Assembly (NCBI RefSeq): GCF_009914755.1
Contig: NC_060928.1
Source: the human T2T-CHM13v2.0 reference genome, Homo sapiens
Direction: 5' to 3' (one strand)
Length of the DNA stretch: 64,000 nucleotides
The translations under genes were made by a program, and so were the position numbers. The notes beneath the pieces are model-generated. The model did no database searches, was not told the DNA's origin, and saw nothing but the letters and a program-made list of their open reading frames with translations. Below are positions 1-12,828 of this stretch, piece by piece. Each line of letters begins with the position of its first letter. Positions within the stretch are counted from its first letter, which is position 1.

Positions 1-3000
1 GAAAGTAAAGCACTCCTCAGCAAATGCAAAAGAATGGAAATCATAACAAATAATCTCCCAGACCACAGTGCAATCAAATTAGAACTCAGGGTTAAGAAAC
101 TCGCTAAAAACTGCACAACTACATGGAAACTGAACAACTGCTCCTGAATGACTACTGGGTACATAGAGAAATTAAGGCAAAAATAAATAAGTTATTTGAA
201 ACCAATGAGAACAAAGACACAACGTACCAGAATCTCTGGGACACAGCCAAAGCAATGTTTAGAGGGAAATTTATAGCACTAAATGCTCACAGGAGAAAGT
301 GAAAAAGATCTAAAATCGGCACCCTATCTTCACAGTTAAAAGAACTAGAGAACCAAGAGCAAGCAAATTCAAAAGCTAGCAGAAGACAAGAAATAACTAA
401 GATCAGAGCAGAACTGAAGGAGACAGAGACACAAAAAACCTTTCAAAAAATCAATGAATCCAGGAGGTGGTTTTTTGAAAAGATTAACAAAATACATAGA
501 CCACTTGCCAGGCTAATAAAGAAGAAAAGAGAGAAGAAACAAATAGACACAGTAGAAAATGATAAAGGGGATATCACCACTGATCCCACAGAAATACAAA
601 CTACCATCACAGAATACTATAAACAGCTGTGTGCAAATAAACTAGAAAATCTAGAGGAAATGGATAAATTCCCAGACACATACACACTCCCAAGACTAAA
701 CCAGGAAGAAGTTAAATCCCTGAACAGACCAATAACGAGTTCTGAAATTGAGGCAGTAGTTAAGAGCCTACCAACCAAAAAAGCTCAGGACCAGATGGAT
801 TCAAAGCCGAATTCTACCAGAGATACAAAAAGTAGCTGGTACCATTCCTTCTGAAACTATTCCAAACAACAGAAAAAGAAGGACTCCTCCCTAACTCATT
901 TTGTGAGACCAGTGTCATCCTGATACCAAAACCTGGCAGAGACACAATAATAAAAAAAATTTCAGGCCAATATCCATGATGAACATCAATGCGAAAATCC
1001 TCAATAAAATACTGGCAAACTGAATCCAGCAGCACATCAAAAAGCTTATCCACCACAATCAAGTCAGCTTCATCCCTGTGATGCCAGGCTGGATAAACAT
1101 ACAAAAATCAATAAATATAATCCATCACATAAACAGAACCAATGACAAAAAACACATGATTATCTCAATAGATGCAGAAAAGGCCTTGGATAAAATTTGA
1201 CACCCTTTCATGCTAAAAACTCTCAATAAACTTGGTACTGATGTAACATACCTGAAAATAATAAGAGCTATTTATGACAAACCCACAGCCAATATCCTAC
1301 TGAATGGGCAAAAGCTGGAAGCATTCCCTTTGAAAACCAGAACAAAACAAGGATGCCCTCTCTCACCACTTTTATTCAACATAATATTGGAAGTTCTGTC
1401 CAGGGCAATCAGGCAAGAGAAAGAAATAAAGGGCATTCAAATAGGAACAGAGGAAGTCAGATAGTTTCTGTTTGCAGATGACATGATTGTATATCTACAA
1501 AACCACGTTGTCTCAGCCCCAAAACTCCTTAAGCTGATAAGCAACTTCAGCAAAGTCTCAGGATACAAAATCAATATGCAAAAATCACAAGCATTCCATA
1601 CACCAATAATAGACAGAGAGCCAAATCATGAGTGAACTCCCATTCACAATTGCTATAAAGAGAATAAAGAGAATTCCTATACCTAGGAATACAACTTAAC
1701 AAGGGATGTGAAGGACCTCTTCAGGGAGAACTACAAGGAAATAAGAGAGGACACAAACAAATGGAAAAACATTCCATGCTCATAGGTAAGAGGAATCAAT
1801 ATCGTGAAAATGGCCATACTGCCCAAAGTAATTTATAGATTCATTGTTATTCCTATTAAGTTTCCATTGACCTTCCTCACAGAATTAGAAAAAACTACTT
1901 TAAATTTCACATGGAACCAAAAAAGAGTCTATATAGCCAAGACAATCCTAAGCAAAAAGAGCAAAGCTGGAGACATCGCACTACCTGACTTCAAACTATA
2001 CTACAGGGCTACAGTAACCAAAACAGCATGATAATGTTACCAATACAGATATATGGACCAATGGAACAAAACAGAGACCTCAGAAATAATGCCACACATC
2101 TACAACCATCTGATCTTTGACAAACCTGACAAAAACAAGCAATGGGGAAAGGGTTCCCTATTTAATAAGCGGTGTTGGGAAAACTGGCTAGCCATATGCA
2201 GAAAACTGAAACTGAACCCCTTCCTTACACCTTATACAAAAATTAACTCAAGATGGATTAAAGACTTAAACGTAAGACCTAAAACCATAAAAAAACCTTA
2301 GAAGAAAACCTAGGCAATACCATTCAGGACATAGGCATGGGCAAAGACTTCATGACTAAAATACCAAAAGCATTGGTAACAAAAGCCAAATTGACATATG
2401 GGATCTAATTAAGCCAACGAGATTTTGCACAACAAAAGAACTATCATCACAGTGAAGAGGCAACCTATAGAGGGAGAAAATTTTTGCAATCTGTCCATTT
2501 GACAAAGGTCTGATATCCAGAATCTATAAGGAATTTAACAAATTTACAAGAAAAAAGCAAACAAAGCCATCAAAAAGTAGGTGAAGGATATGAACAGACA
2601 CTTCTTAAAAGAAGGCATTTATGTGGCCAACAAACATGAAAAAAGCTCATCATTAGAGAAATGCAAATTAAAACCTCAATGAGATACCATCTCATGCCAG
2701 TTAGAATGACTATCATTAAAAAGTCAGGAAACAACAGATGCTAGGGAGGATGTGGAGAAATAGGAATGCTTTTACACTGTTGGTGGGAGTATAAATTAGT
2801 TCAATCATTGTGGAAGACAGTGTGGCAATTCCTGAAGGATCTAGAACCAGAAATATCCTTCGACCCAGCAATCCCTTTACTGGGTATTTACCCAAAGGGC
2901 TATAAATCATTCCAGTGTAAAGACAGATGCACATATATGTAAACTGCAGCACTGTTTACAATAGCAAAGACTTGGAACCAACCCAAATGCCCATCAATGA

Positions 3001-3418
3001 TAGACTGGATAAAGAAAACGTGTCACATATATACCATGGAATTCTATGCAGCCATAAAAAAAGAGTGAATTCATATCCTTTGCAGGGACATGGATGAAGC
3101 TGGAAACCATCGCTCTCAGCAAACTAACACAGGAACAGAAAACCAAACACTGCATGTTCTAACTCATAAGTGGGAGTTGAACATTGAGAACACATGGACA
3201 CAAGGAGGGGAACATCACACACCAGAACGTGCCGTGGGGTGAGAGGCAAGGGGAGGGATAGGATTAGGAGAAATACCTAATGCATGCGGGGCTTAAAACC
3301 TAGATGATGGTTTGTTGGGTGCAGCAAACCACCATGGCATATGCCTATGCAACAACCCTGCACGTTCTGCACAAGTATCCCAGAATTTAAAGTATAATAA
3401 TAATAAAAAAAGAAAAAA
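1..3418 (+). mobile_element. LINE-1, L1PA7/L1PA8-like: degenerate ORF2 (runs off window start), 3'UTR and A-tail
   Basis: ORF fragments 660-854, 1210-1464 ([12 protein letters not shown]), 1804-2031 and 2053-2301 are L1 ORF2. The 3'UTR has the motif ATGCATGCGGGGCTTAAAACCTAGATGA and an A-rich tail at about 3395-3418. Many stops and frameshifts. Confidence 0.95.
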
Positions 3419-3632
3419 GTGACCTGAATATCTTTCTTAAAAAGTTAACTTTATCAGTAATCATGAGACGTTAGTAGTGATTTTTAAAAAACTTCTGTGA
3501 ACACCATGCTATGGCATGGATTATTCTTGTGCTATCTAAAGTGATGTACAGCACTTTCTAGTGAAATCATTTTATTAACACACAAATAATATAATTTATC
3601 AGTTCAAACTTTACAGTGACAAGTATCTACTA

Positions 3633-3678
3633 TTAGGTTGGTGCAATAGTAATCACGATTTTTGCTATTACTTTTAAT
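3633..3678 (+). mobile_element. Half MADE1 (Hsmar1-derived MITE)
   Basis: TA followed by TTAGGTTGGTGCAATAGTAATCACGATTTTTGCTATTACTTTTAAT matches the left MADE1 TIR and centre; the right arm is absent. Confidence 0.8.
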
Positions 3679-3770
3679 TTTGAAAAATATTTTAAAAGGC
3701 CTGAGAGAAAAGACACTTAACAACAAAATATGCTGTAAGCCTTGATGTGACACAAAAGTCATAAAAGATT

Positions 3771-3895
3771 TTTAAATATTTTTATTGAAGTAGAGTTTAC
3801 ATAGTATGAAATGCAAAAGCTTCCCTTTTGCAGTATGTTTAGTTTTGGTGAATGCATACACCTGTGTTATTTACACCACTATTCTATCACTATAG
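3771..3895 (-). mobile_element. Old L1M 3' end fragment
   Basis: TTTTATTGAAGTAGAGTTTACATAGTATGAAATGCA resembles the antisense 3' terminus of L1MC/ME. Confidence 0.45.
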
Positions 3896-4019
3896 AGTCA
3901 AATATTAGTCATTTCCTGAATTTTTTTGCCAAAGTCAGATTATAGATATGTCATAAACAAATCCTCTGTAAAATGTGTTAACTATTGATTCCTCTGGGAA
4001 TCAATAGTTTGTCAGAGAG

Positions 4020-4363
4020 CAGGGGTCTCCAACCCCCAGGGTGTGGACAGATACCTATGCATCCATGGCCTGTTAGGAGCCAGGCCATGCAGCAGGATGT
4101 GAGCTGCAGGTGAGCCAACATCATCACTTGAGCTCCCCCTCTTGTCAGATCAACTGCTGCATTAGATTCCCATAGGAGTGCAAACCCTATTGTGAACTGC
4201 ACATGTGAGGAATTTAGGTCGTGTACTCCTTATGAGAATTTAAAGCCTGATTATCTGAACTGAAAGAGTTTCATCCTAAAATCATCCCCTTCTCCCTGCA
4301 TCTGCGGAAAAAATTTTCTTCCACAAGACCAGTCACTGGTGCCAAAAAAATTAGGGACCGAGG
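4020..4363 (+). mobile_element. MER1B (hAT-Charlie non-autonomous DNA transposon)
   Basis: Starts CAGGGGTCTCCAACCCCC, contains GCATTAGATTCCCATAGGAGTGCAAACCCTATTGTGAACTGC, ends GGTGCCAAAAAAATTAGGGACCG; about 340 bp. Confidence 0.88.
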
Positions 4364-5267
4364 TAGAGTCTTGGTGCACATTGTTGAACATCTATTGGTC
4401 GTTCGTGTGGAAGCCTGCGAATATTCAATGGATAATAGCTTCTAGTATGAAGAGTGAATGACATATAATATTAGAAAGCTAGAGTTCTGTTGAAAGATTT
4501 CATTTGCACATAGAAAATTAGAGTACTGAAATTTTCTTTTAATGCTAATAATTTCCCCAATATTCAGTTCTACATTAGCATGTCTTCTACCTCACTTTCT
4601 TCACTCAAACATTTGTGTATAGGTCAGATTAAACTGTTGTGGACTGTAGAGATATGAAACTGCAATATAAATTATAGACTTAATTTAAATTGATGAAGCT
4701 CTCTGGAAGGATGCGAGTCCTCATCCTTTATTTGATAGAGGCCTCCTATATCTCCCAGGGCACTTTTGAAATAACAGCATGGAATCACACATTTACATAA
4801 ATAAAGCTAGCCAAGAGAAAAAATAGCAAAACAAGGAAAATATGAGAAAATGCTTGACAAATACATGAAAACTTGGGAATTTTGCTGGGCTAGTTTTGTT
4901 GTTGTTATTTTTATACTTTGCTTTATTGCATCTATGAATATAATACATTTTGCTATTAGCAATTTCAAATTAAGTATTTCAAAAGAAAATTAGAAAACTG
5001 AATAAAATAACCTCCTCATGTATTGAAGGAAATGTGAGAAAATAATTAGATTTTACATTAAAAATAGACAACTTCAAACAAAATAAAATATTTCCAGATG
5101 TTTACACTATGGAATATTAAAAAAAATCAGAAGGAACTTAGAGAAAGAATTTCATGGCCAAAACAGTAAGAGAACGAAAATATAAAAATTAAAGTAATAC
5201 ATAGAAAGCTGAAAAAATAAATTTAAGGCCTATATGCTCTTCAAGGTCTCATTTTCAGCTTTCTGCA

Positions 5268-5680
5268 AGATATCTCTGCTTGAATATCCAGCTGACACTT
5301 AAAACTTAACATGTCTATAACCAAGTTCATTATTCGCTATAACTTCTCTGTATTTCCATCATTGTCAATATTGCCATTATACTCTTAGCTCAGCAGGCTA
5401 TTAAATATGCAGTCGTCTTTGATTTCTTCTTGTCCTTAGTCAGCCATATCCCATCTATCAAACATGTTCTTCCAAAGCATTTTTCAAATGTGGTACCTAC
5501 TTTTAGTTATTACAATCAGAACAATTTCACATGTCACAGTCACTTTTCTAGAATAACCACTATAAAATGCCTCTGCTGTCAAATTACATCTTCTTTTATT
5601 TGTCCAAATAATAAAGCAAAAGTCATTTTAATTCAATATATCTGGAGTCCAAACGCAGCCCCAATTTATGCCTTAAAAAA
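5268..5680 (+). mobile_element. L2 fragment (end of RT domain)
   Basis: ATCTCTGCTTGAATATCCAGCTGACACTTAAAACTTAACATGTCTATAACC is a degenerate version of the L2 ISxWMSxxHLKLNMSKT motif. Confidence 0.7.
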
Positions 5681-5877
5681 TTAAAACCATATTTAATCAA
5701 AATCAAATAAAAACATATAAAAATTCCCCAGGTCTTACTTCTCTTCTCTTTCTTTTTTTCCTGCATAATTCTATGCACACCTAACTATTCAGCTGACTAC
5801 ATGAGTGTAATGACATCAATATCTATTTCTCCTTTTCATATCCTGAATTATCTGAATTCTACCACCACAGGTAAAAG

Positions 5878-6093
5878 CTAACATTTGACCTTAGTTTGCA
5901 ATAACACATTTCTAAATTCTTTACACTTAATACTCAATTTTATGAGTTAGCTATTAAAATTAGTATCTCTAATAAGAAAATTTGAAACTAAGGCATATAT
6001 TGACTAAACTAATGAATGATGGAGGCTGGACATGGATTCAGGCAGGCTGTTTCAAAAACCCACTTGCTTTTAATAACTGTGGTCTTCTGCCTC
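5878..6093 (-). mobile_element. MIR
   Basis: Antisense MIR tail CTAACATTT, and tRNA-derived end GGATTCAGGCAGGCTGTTTCAAAAACCCAC...CTTCTGCCTCT. Confidence 0.6.
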
Positions 6094-6489
6094 TCCTTTA
6101 TTCAAATTAACAAAGGTCTAGCTTCCTACTGATCATCTCCATCTGATTGTTCCATACTATCTTCCAAATTATTTGTCCTGAACAAATCTACTATTTTCAC
6201 AGGCACCTTGTTCCAAACTCTCTCTCTCTCCTGTAAGAAACATGACACAGGAACCAAATGCTTCTGGCTCATCCTAAAGCTAAAACTAAAACTGAACAGC
6301 TAGAACTAAAACCGAAGAGCTCCATGAGTTGGGTAAGTTAATCAACATCTCTAAGCCTCTAATTCCTCAGTACTGCTTTTCATTAGGAAAGTCACTGGAA
6401 TAAATGTCGTCCAAAAGGTTATATAACAAACTAAAACTAACGAATAAACAAAGCAAAAAACAAAAACACTCTTAGCTTTATTGTTCTCA

Positions 6490-6670
6490 ATGTATTTTTT
6501 CTACTCTTTTCTATCCCTATCTTCCTCTCTTCCTGCCTTTCTCTATATCTGTTCCTTTCTTCCTTCCTTTCTTCTTTTCTTCCTTCCTTCCTTTTTTCCT
6601 TTCTCCCTCTCTCCCTCCTTCTGTTCCTTACTTCCTTCATTTTTTCTTTCTTACTTTTTATTCTGTTTTA
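6490..6670. repeat. CT-rich / (TTCC)n low-complexity tract
   Basis: Polypyrimidine run with TTCC units. Confidence 0.85.
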
Positions 6671-6770
6671 ATACGCAGGTCTATGAGTAGATTTATAATT
6701 CAAGTCTTAGCTAAACTGCCACTTCTGCAAAAGTGTCATCTCCAAACTTCCAGTTTAGAATTAAAAAAAA

Positions 6771-6800
6771 AGTTTCTCAACCTTAACATTATTGACATGT
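6771..6800 (-). mobile_element. MER20, first terminal piece (split)
   Basis: AGTTTCTCAACCTTAACATTATTGACAT matches the antisense MER20 terminus CAGGGTTTCTCAACCTCGGCACTATTGACAT. Confidence 0.65.
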
Positions 6801-7430
6801 AAAAAATAATAGCTTTATCAATATGTAAACTATATACTACAAAATTCCCCATTTAAATGTATCCAACAAGAGGATTATTTTTAGTGTTTTCACTCATCTG
6901 ACTTGAGATAATTTACATCACCACAAAAGAAATACCATACCCATTAGCCGTTACTCCCATCCCGCTCTCCCCATAATCCTTAGTAAATACTAATATAGTT
7001 TCTTTTGCTATAGAATTGTCTATTCTGAATATTTTATATAAATGAAATTACAAAATTTGTGGTCCTTTCGTCTTGCTTTTCTACATCCATTCATTTTATA
7101 ATGTGTATCAGTATTCAATTACACTTTATGATCAAATGACATTCTATTTGTGAATATATCACAATTTGTTCATCAATTTGTGATAGATATCTGTGTTATT
7201 TCCACTTTTTTTGTATTGTGAATAATGTTGTTATGGACTCTTATGTACAAGGTTTAATATATAAACTCATTTATCTCCGGTGTATGAGTAAAAGTGTAAT
7301 TTTTGGGTCAGTCATATAGTAATTCTAGTTTTAAAATTTTTTCCCATGAATGATGTATGAGGGTTTCAATCTCTCCACATTCTTATCAACGGTGGTTATT
7401 GTCTATCTTTTTAATTTTGCCAAACAAATG

Positions 7431-8265
7431 TATATTAGGCTGTTCTCACATTGCTATAAAGAAATAATGGAGACTGGGTAAGTTATAAAGAAACGGGTTT
7501 TAATTGGCTCACGGTTCTGCAGGCTTTACAAGAAGCATAGTGGCTTCTGCTTCTGGGGAAGCCTCAGGAAGCTTACAATCATGGCGGAAGGCAAAGGGTG
7601 AGCCAGCACTTCACATGGCTGGAGCAGGAGGAAGAGAGAGAGAGCGTGGAGATGCTACACACCTTTAAATAACCAGATCTCATGAGAAATTTATCATTAT
7701 AAAGTATCAAGAATGGTGTTAAACCATTGATGAGAACCCCACCCCCATGATCAAATTTTCTCCCAGCAGGACCCATATTCAACACTGGGGACTACAAATG
7801 AACATTAAATTGGGGTGGCGACACAGATGGAAACCATATCATTCTGTCCCTGGCCCTCCCCATATCTCATGGACTTCTCACATTGCAAAATACAGTCATG
7901 CCTTCCCAGCAGTCCTCCAAAGCCTTATCTCATTCCAGCATTAACTCAAAAAGTCCAGAATCCAAAGTCTCATCTGAGAAAAGGCAAGCCCCTTTCAACT
8001 CTGAGTCTGTAAAATAAAAAGAAAACAAAAGACAAGTTAGTTACTTCCAAGATACAATGAGAGTATAGGCATTGGGTAAATACTCCCATTCCAAAAGTGA
8101 GAAAAGAGACTGCCTAGAAAGAAAGGGGCTACATAGGCCTCATGCAAGTCTGAAACCCAGGAGGGCAGTTATTAAATCTTAAAGCTCCCAAATAATCACT
8201 TTTGAATTCATGTTTCACTTCCAGGACACACTAGTGTGAGGAGTGGGCTCCCAAGGCCTTGAGCA
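7431..8265 (-). mobile_element. MSTA LTR (7431-7841) plus truncated MST internal sequence (7842-8265)
   Basis: TATTAGGCTGTTCTCACATTGCTATAAAGAAATA...AAACCATATCA is an antisense MSTA LTR. It is followed by TTCTGTCCCTGGCCC (antisense PPT) and MaLR internal sequence. Confidence 0.9.
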
Positions 8266-8537
8266 TAATGGATAAGAAATCTTATCATATTGCGGTTTTT
8301 ATGTGCATTTTCCTAATAACTAACGATGTTGAGCAGGTTGTCATGTGCTTATTGGCCATTTTTATGTCTTTTTTGGAGAAATGTCTATTCAAATCATTTG
8401 CCTATTTTAAAAAAATGTCTTTTTATTGTTGAGTTTGAAGTGGCCTTTTAAAATTCTGGATACATATTCTTTATTAGGCACTAAATTTGAAAATACTTTC
8501 TTTAATTCTGTGTGCTACCTTTCCTCTTTCTTTATAG

Positions 8538-8919
<382 letters not shown>

Positions 8920-8984
8920 TGATTCGTCTGTTTTTTCTATGATTTCATTAACCTTTGTCATATCTTAGAAACCATTGCCTAATC

Positions 8985-9029
8985 GACTTTCTTCACAGAA
9001 TTAGAAAAAAACTACTTTAAATTCAGATG
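8985..9029 (+). mobile_element. 45 bp internal L1PA ORF2 snippet
   Basis: GACTTTCTTCACAGAATTAGAAAAAAACTACTTTAAATTCAGATG is near-identical to the L1PA sequence at about 1869-1913 in this window. It is opposite in orientation to its host L1M. Confidence 0.8.
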
Positions 9030-9559
9030 TATTCAAATATTTTCTTCTAAGAGTTTTATAGCGTTAGCTTTTACATTTAGATATATGATTAATTTTCAGA
9101 TAATTTTTGTAAGTGGTGGGCAGTAGAAATCAAACTTCCTTCTTTTGCATGTAAATATAGATATACAGTTGTCTGATCACCATTTGTTAACAAGACTGTG
9201 TATTTTATGATGATTACATTATCTTGATATCCTTGTTGAAAATTAATTGTCCATAAGTATAAAGGTTTCATCTTGTCGCTAAATAGTTTTTATATTTATA
9301 ATTTTTATAGGTCTGCATGGAATTGATACTACCATCATTATTATTATAAATTTTTTCTTTGTCTCTAGAAAAACATTTTGTCTTATTGTCTCTTTGTCTG
9401 ATATTAGTATATCGTTTTTTGATCACTGTTTGTATTTTCCATTATTTTATTTTTAACCTATTCATTTGTATGTCAATCTAAAGTCTGTCACTTTTAAATA
9501 ACACAGTTGGCTTACAACTTCTAACTACACTGTAAATCTCCACATTTAAAAAAAATATT

Positions 9560-10245
9560 AAAAAATTTTTAATTGTGGTAAAATTTATACAATACAAAAC
9601 TTTTCACATTAACCATTTTTAAGTGTATAGTCAGTGTCAAGAAGTACATTCACATTGTTGTACAACCATGGCTACCATCCATTTCCAGATCCTGTTTATC
9701 TTGCAAAACTGAAACTCTATGCTGATCAAACACTAATTTCCCATATCTTGCTTTTACCAGTCCCCGATAGAAGGGACTCTTCTTTCTATCTCAATGAATT
9801 GGACAACTATACATATCTTATATAAATGAAACTATATAGTATTTGTTTTATTCCGACTGGCTTATTTCACTTATCATAATATCTTCAAGGATCATCCACG
9901 TTGTAGCATATATCAGAATTTCCTTCCTTTTTAAGGCTGTGAATAACATTCTATTGACTGTGCATACCTCATTTTGTTTGCCCATTAATTTATTGATGTA
10001 TACTTCCATTGCTTCTATCTCTTGGTTATTGTGAATAAACCTTATATGAGCATGAGTGTACAAACATATATTTGAGACTCTGCTTTCAGTTCTTTTTAGG
10101 ATATACCTAGAAGTACAATTGCTGGATCATACAGTAATTCTATTTCTAATTTTTAAAGGAACTGCCATATTGGTATATGTAGAAGCACCATTTTACGTTT
10201 TCCTCAACAGTAAACAAATTTTCCAATTTCTCCCTGTCCTTGTCT
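9560..10245 (-). mobile_element. L1MB3-like 3' end nested in the older L1M
   Basis: TTTTTTAATTGTGGTAAAATTTATACAATAC...ACATTCACATTGTTGTACAACCAT...CTTGCAAAACTGAAACTCTAT. Confidence 0.8.
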
Positions 10246-11298
10246 TTGTGTTTAAAATGTTTAATGCATTTTTATGTAATTGCTGATAAGATATAATTCA
10301 TGTCTGCAATTTTGCTATTTGTTTTCTATATGTCTAGTGTGGACTTTTCTTTGTTTCTCGCTTCCTGCAGTGCTGCCTATTTTAATAAGTTCTGCCTTAA
10401 TTTAAGGCAGTAATGTATTAAATATTTATTTTCTATTTTACTATTTTGTGTGTTGTTTCTTTTACTATATATTTTTAAGTTTTATTTTTTTAGTTGCCCT
10501 GAAGGCTACAATTAACATTTTAGTTTAAAACAACCTAATTCAGGTTAATACAGATGTAATTTCAATAGTATACAAGTGCTCTGCTCCAATAAATTCATCA
10601 ATAGTTCTATAATTATTACTTTTTTCAATTTCCTTTAGCTCTTATAAGACAATTTATTTAAAAACTAAAAATATTTATACTACCATTGTATTTACCTATG
10701 CAATTATTTTTAGTAATGTTTTTCAAAGGAAGATTTGAATTATTATCTATATTTCTTTCATTTCAGTCTGAAGAATTCTCTGTAGTATTTCTTTTAGAGA
10801 ATGTCTGCTAGCAATGAATTCTCCCAGTTTATCTTTTAACGTCTTAATTTCTTTTTGTTTTTAAAGTATCGTTTACTAGATATTGAGTTTTTAGTTAGCA
10901 GTCTTCCTTCTGCATTTTGAATATATCAGCTGACTATATTCTGTCTCCCATGGTTTCTGATAAGAAATCAGCTGTTGATTTTATTGAGGATAACTTTTAC
11001 ATGATCTTTTGCATTCCTCTTGATGTAGCTAGTTGGGAATCTCTTTGAAATCTGCTTGGAATCTGTTGAACTTTAATGATTACAAAATAATTTTGAATGA
11101 ACAGTTTTCAGCCATTATTAATTCAATTTTTTTCTGTCTCTTTCTTTCCCTTCTCTTCTCTTCGTTCTCCAAGTATCTGTATGTTTGTATATGTGATGCC
11201 TTCCCAAGACATCTATGAGGCTTATTCATTTTACCTTTTTCATTTTCTTTTGTTCTTCAGACTGGCTAATTTCAATTGCTATATATTCCAGTTTATAA

Positions 11299-12143
11299 TT
11301 TTTTTAAATTCTGACTTTTATTTTGATACAGGATGTAGATGTGCAGGTTTAGTATATGGGTGTATTGCATGATGCTGAGGTTTGGGGTACAGATCCCAAC
11401 ACCCAGGTAGTGGTCATAGTAACCAATAGGTAGTTTTTCAACCTATACCCTCCTCTTTCCCCTCTCTAGTGGCCTGCAGTGTCTATTGTTCCTTTGTTTA
11501 TGTCCATGTGTGCTCAATGTTTAACACCCACTTATAAGTGAGAACATGCAGTATTTGATTTTCTATTGCGTTAATTCGCTTAGGATTATGACCTCCAGCA
11601 ACATTCATGTTGTTGCAAAGGACATGATTTTATTCTTTTTATAGCCGTGTAGTAACCCGTGGTATATATATACCACATTTCCATTATTCAATCCACCATT
11701 GATGGACACCTAGGTTGATTCTACGTCTTAACTATGGCAAATAGAGTGGTGATGAACATGCAAGTGAATGTGTCCTTTTGGAAGAAAGATTGCATTTCCT
11801 TGGAGATATACCCAGTAATGGGATTGCTGGGTTGAATGGTAGCTCTGTTTTAAGTTCTTTGAGAAATTTCCAAATCTTTCAACTGTGGCTAATTTATATT
11901 ACCAACAACAGTGTATAGGCATTCCCTTTTGTCTGTAGCCTCAGCAGCATCTGTTATTTTTTGACTTTTTAATAATAGCCATGCTGACTGTTTTGAGATG
12001 ATATCTTGTGTGGTTCTGATTTGCATTTCTCTGATGATTAGTAATGCTGACCAGTTTTTATTTCTGTTGGCCACTTGAACGTTTTCTTTTGAGGGGTGTC
12101 TGTTTATGTTCTTTACACATTTTAAATAAGGTTATTTGTTTCT
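11299..12143 (-). mobile_element. L1PA15/L1PA16-like 3' fragment
   Basis: TGCATGATGCTGAGGTTTGGGGTACAGATCCC...ACCCAGGTAGTG...AATAGGTAGTTTTTCAACC; ORF 11889-12074 is the ORF2 C-terminal region. Confidence 0.88.
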
Positions 12144-12573
12144 CTATTCTTTTGTTCACTACTTCTAATATGCTGTTGAATCCCTCCAGTAATTTTTAAC
12201 ATTATTTTATTTTTCAACTCCTGAAATACAATTTAGTTCTTTATCATACTTTTTAATCTCATTAGTGACATTATCAATTTGGTGACACATTATTCTAATC
12301 CTTTCCTTCTTTAGACGTTATTTAATAAATATATTTGTAATACTAATTTAAAGTCTTTGTCAAATAAGTTTATATCTGGGCTTCCTCAGATACAATTTAT
12401 ATTGATTGCTTCTTTAGCCTGTGTATGTGAGATAATTTCCAACTTTTATGTGTGTCTTGTGATGTTTTATTGAAAACTAAAATTTTAAATCATAGGGCAT
12501 CTCTGGAAGTCAGATCCCGCATCCTCAGAGTGTATTGCTGTTATTATTTGTTGGTGATGTTTCTGTTCTTGTC

Positions 12574-12828
12574 TTTTTTTATTATTATTATACTTTAAGT
12601 TTTAGGGTACATGTGCACAATGTGCAGTTTAGTTACATATGTATACATGTTCCATGCTGGTGTGTGGCACATATACGCCATGGAATACTATGCAGCCATA
12701 AAAATGATGAGTTCATGTCCTTTGTAGGGACATGGATGAAATTGGAAATCATCATTCTCAGTAAACTATCGCAAGGACAAAAAACCAAACACCACATGTT
12801 CTCACTCATAGGTGGGAATTGAACAATG
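12574..12828 (-). mobile_element. Short young L1 (L1PA2/3-like) with 5' inversion
   Basis: Antisense 3' end at 12574-12664 joined to sense ORF2-end/3'UTR at 12663-12828; TSD TGTTCTTGTC at 12564 and 12827. Confidence 0.93.

Noticed and set aside
660-2301. ORFs with reverse-transcriptase-like peptides
   Set aside because: They are fragments of a dead L1 ORF2 broken by stops and frameshifts, not a host gene or an active element.
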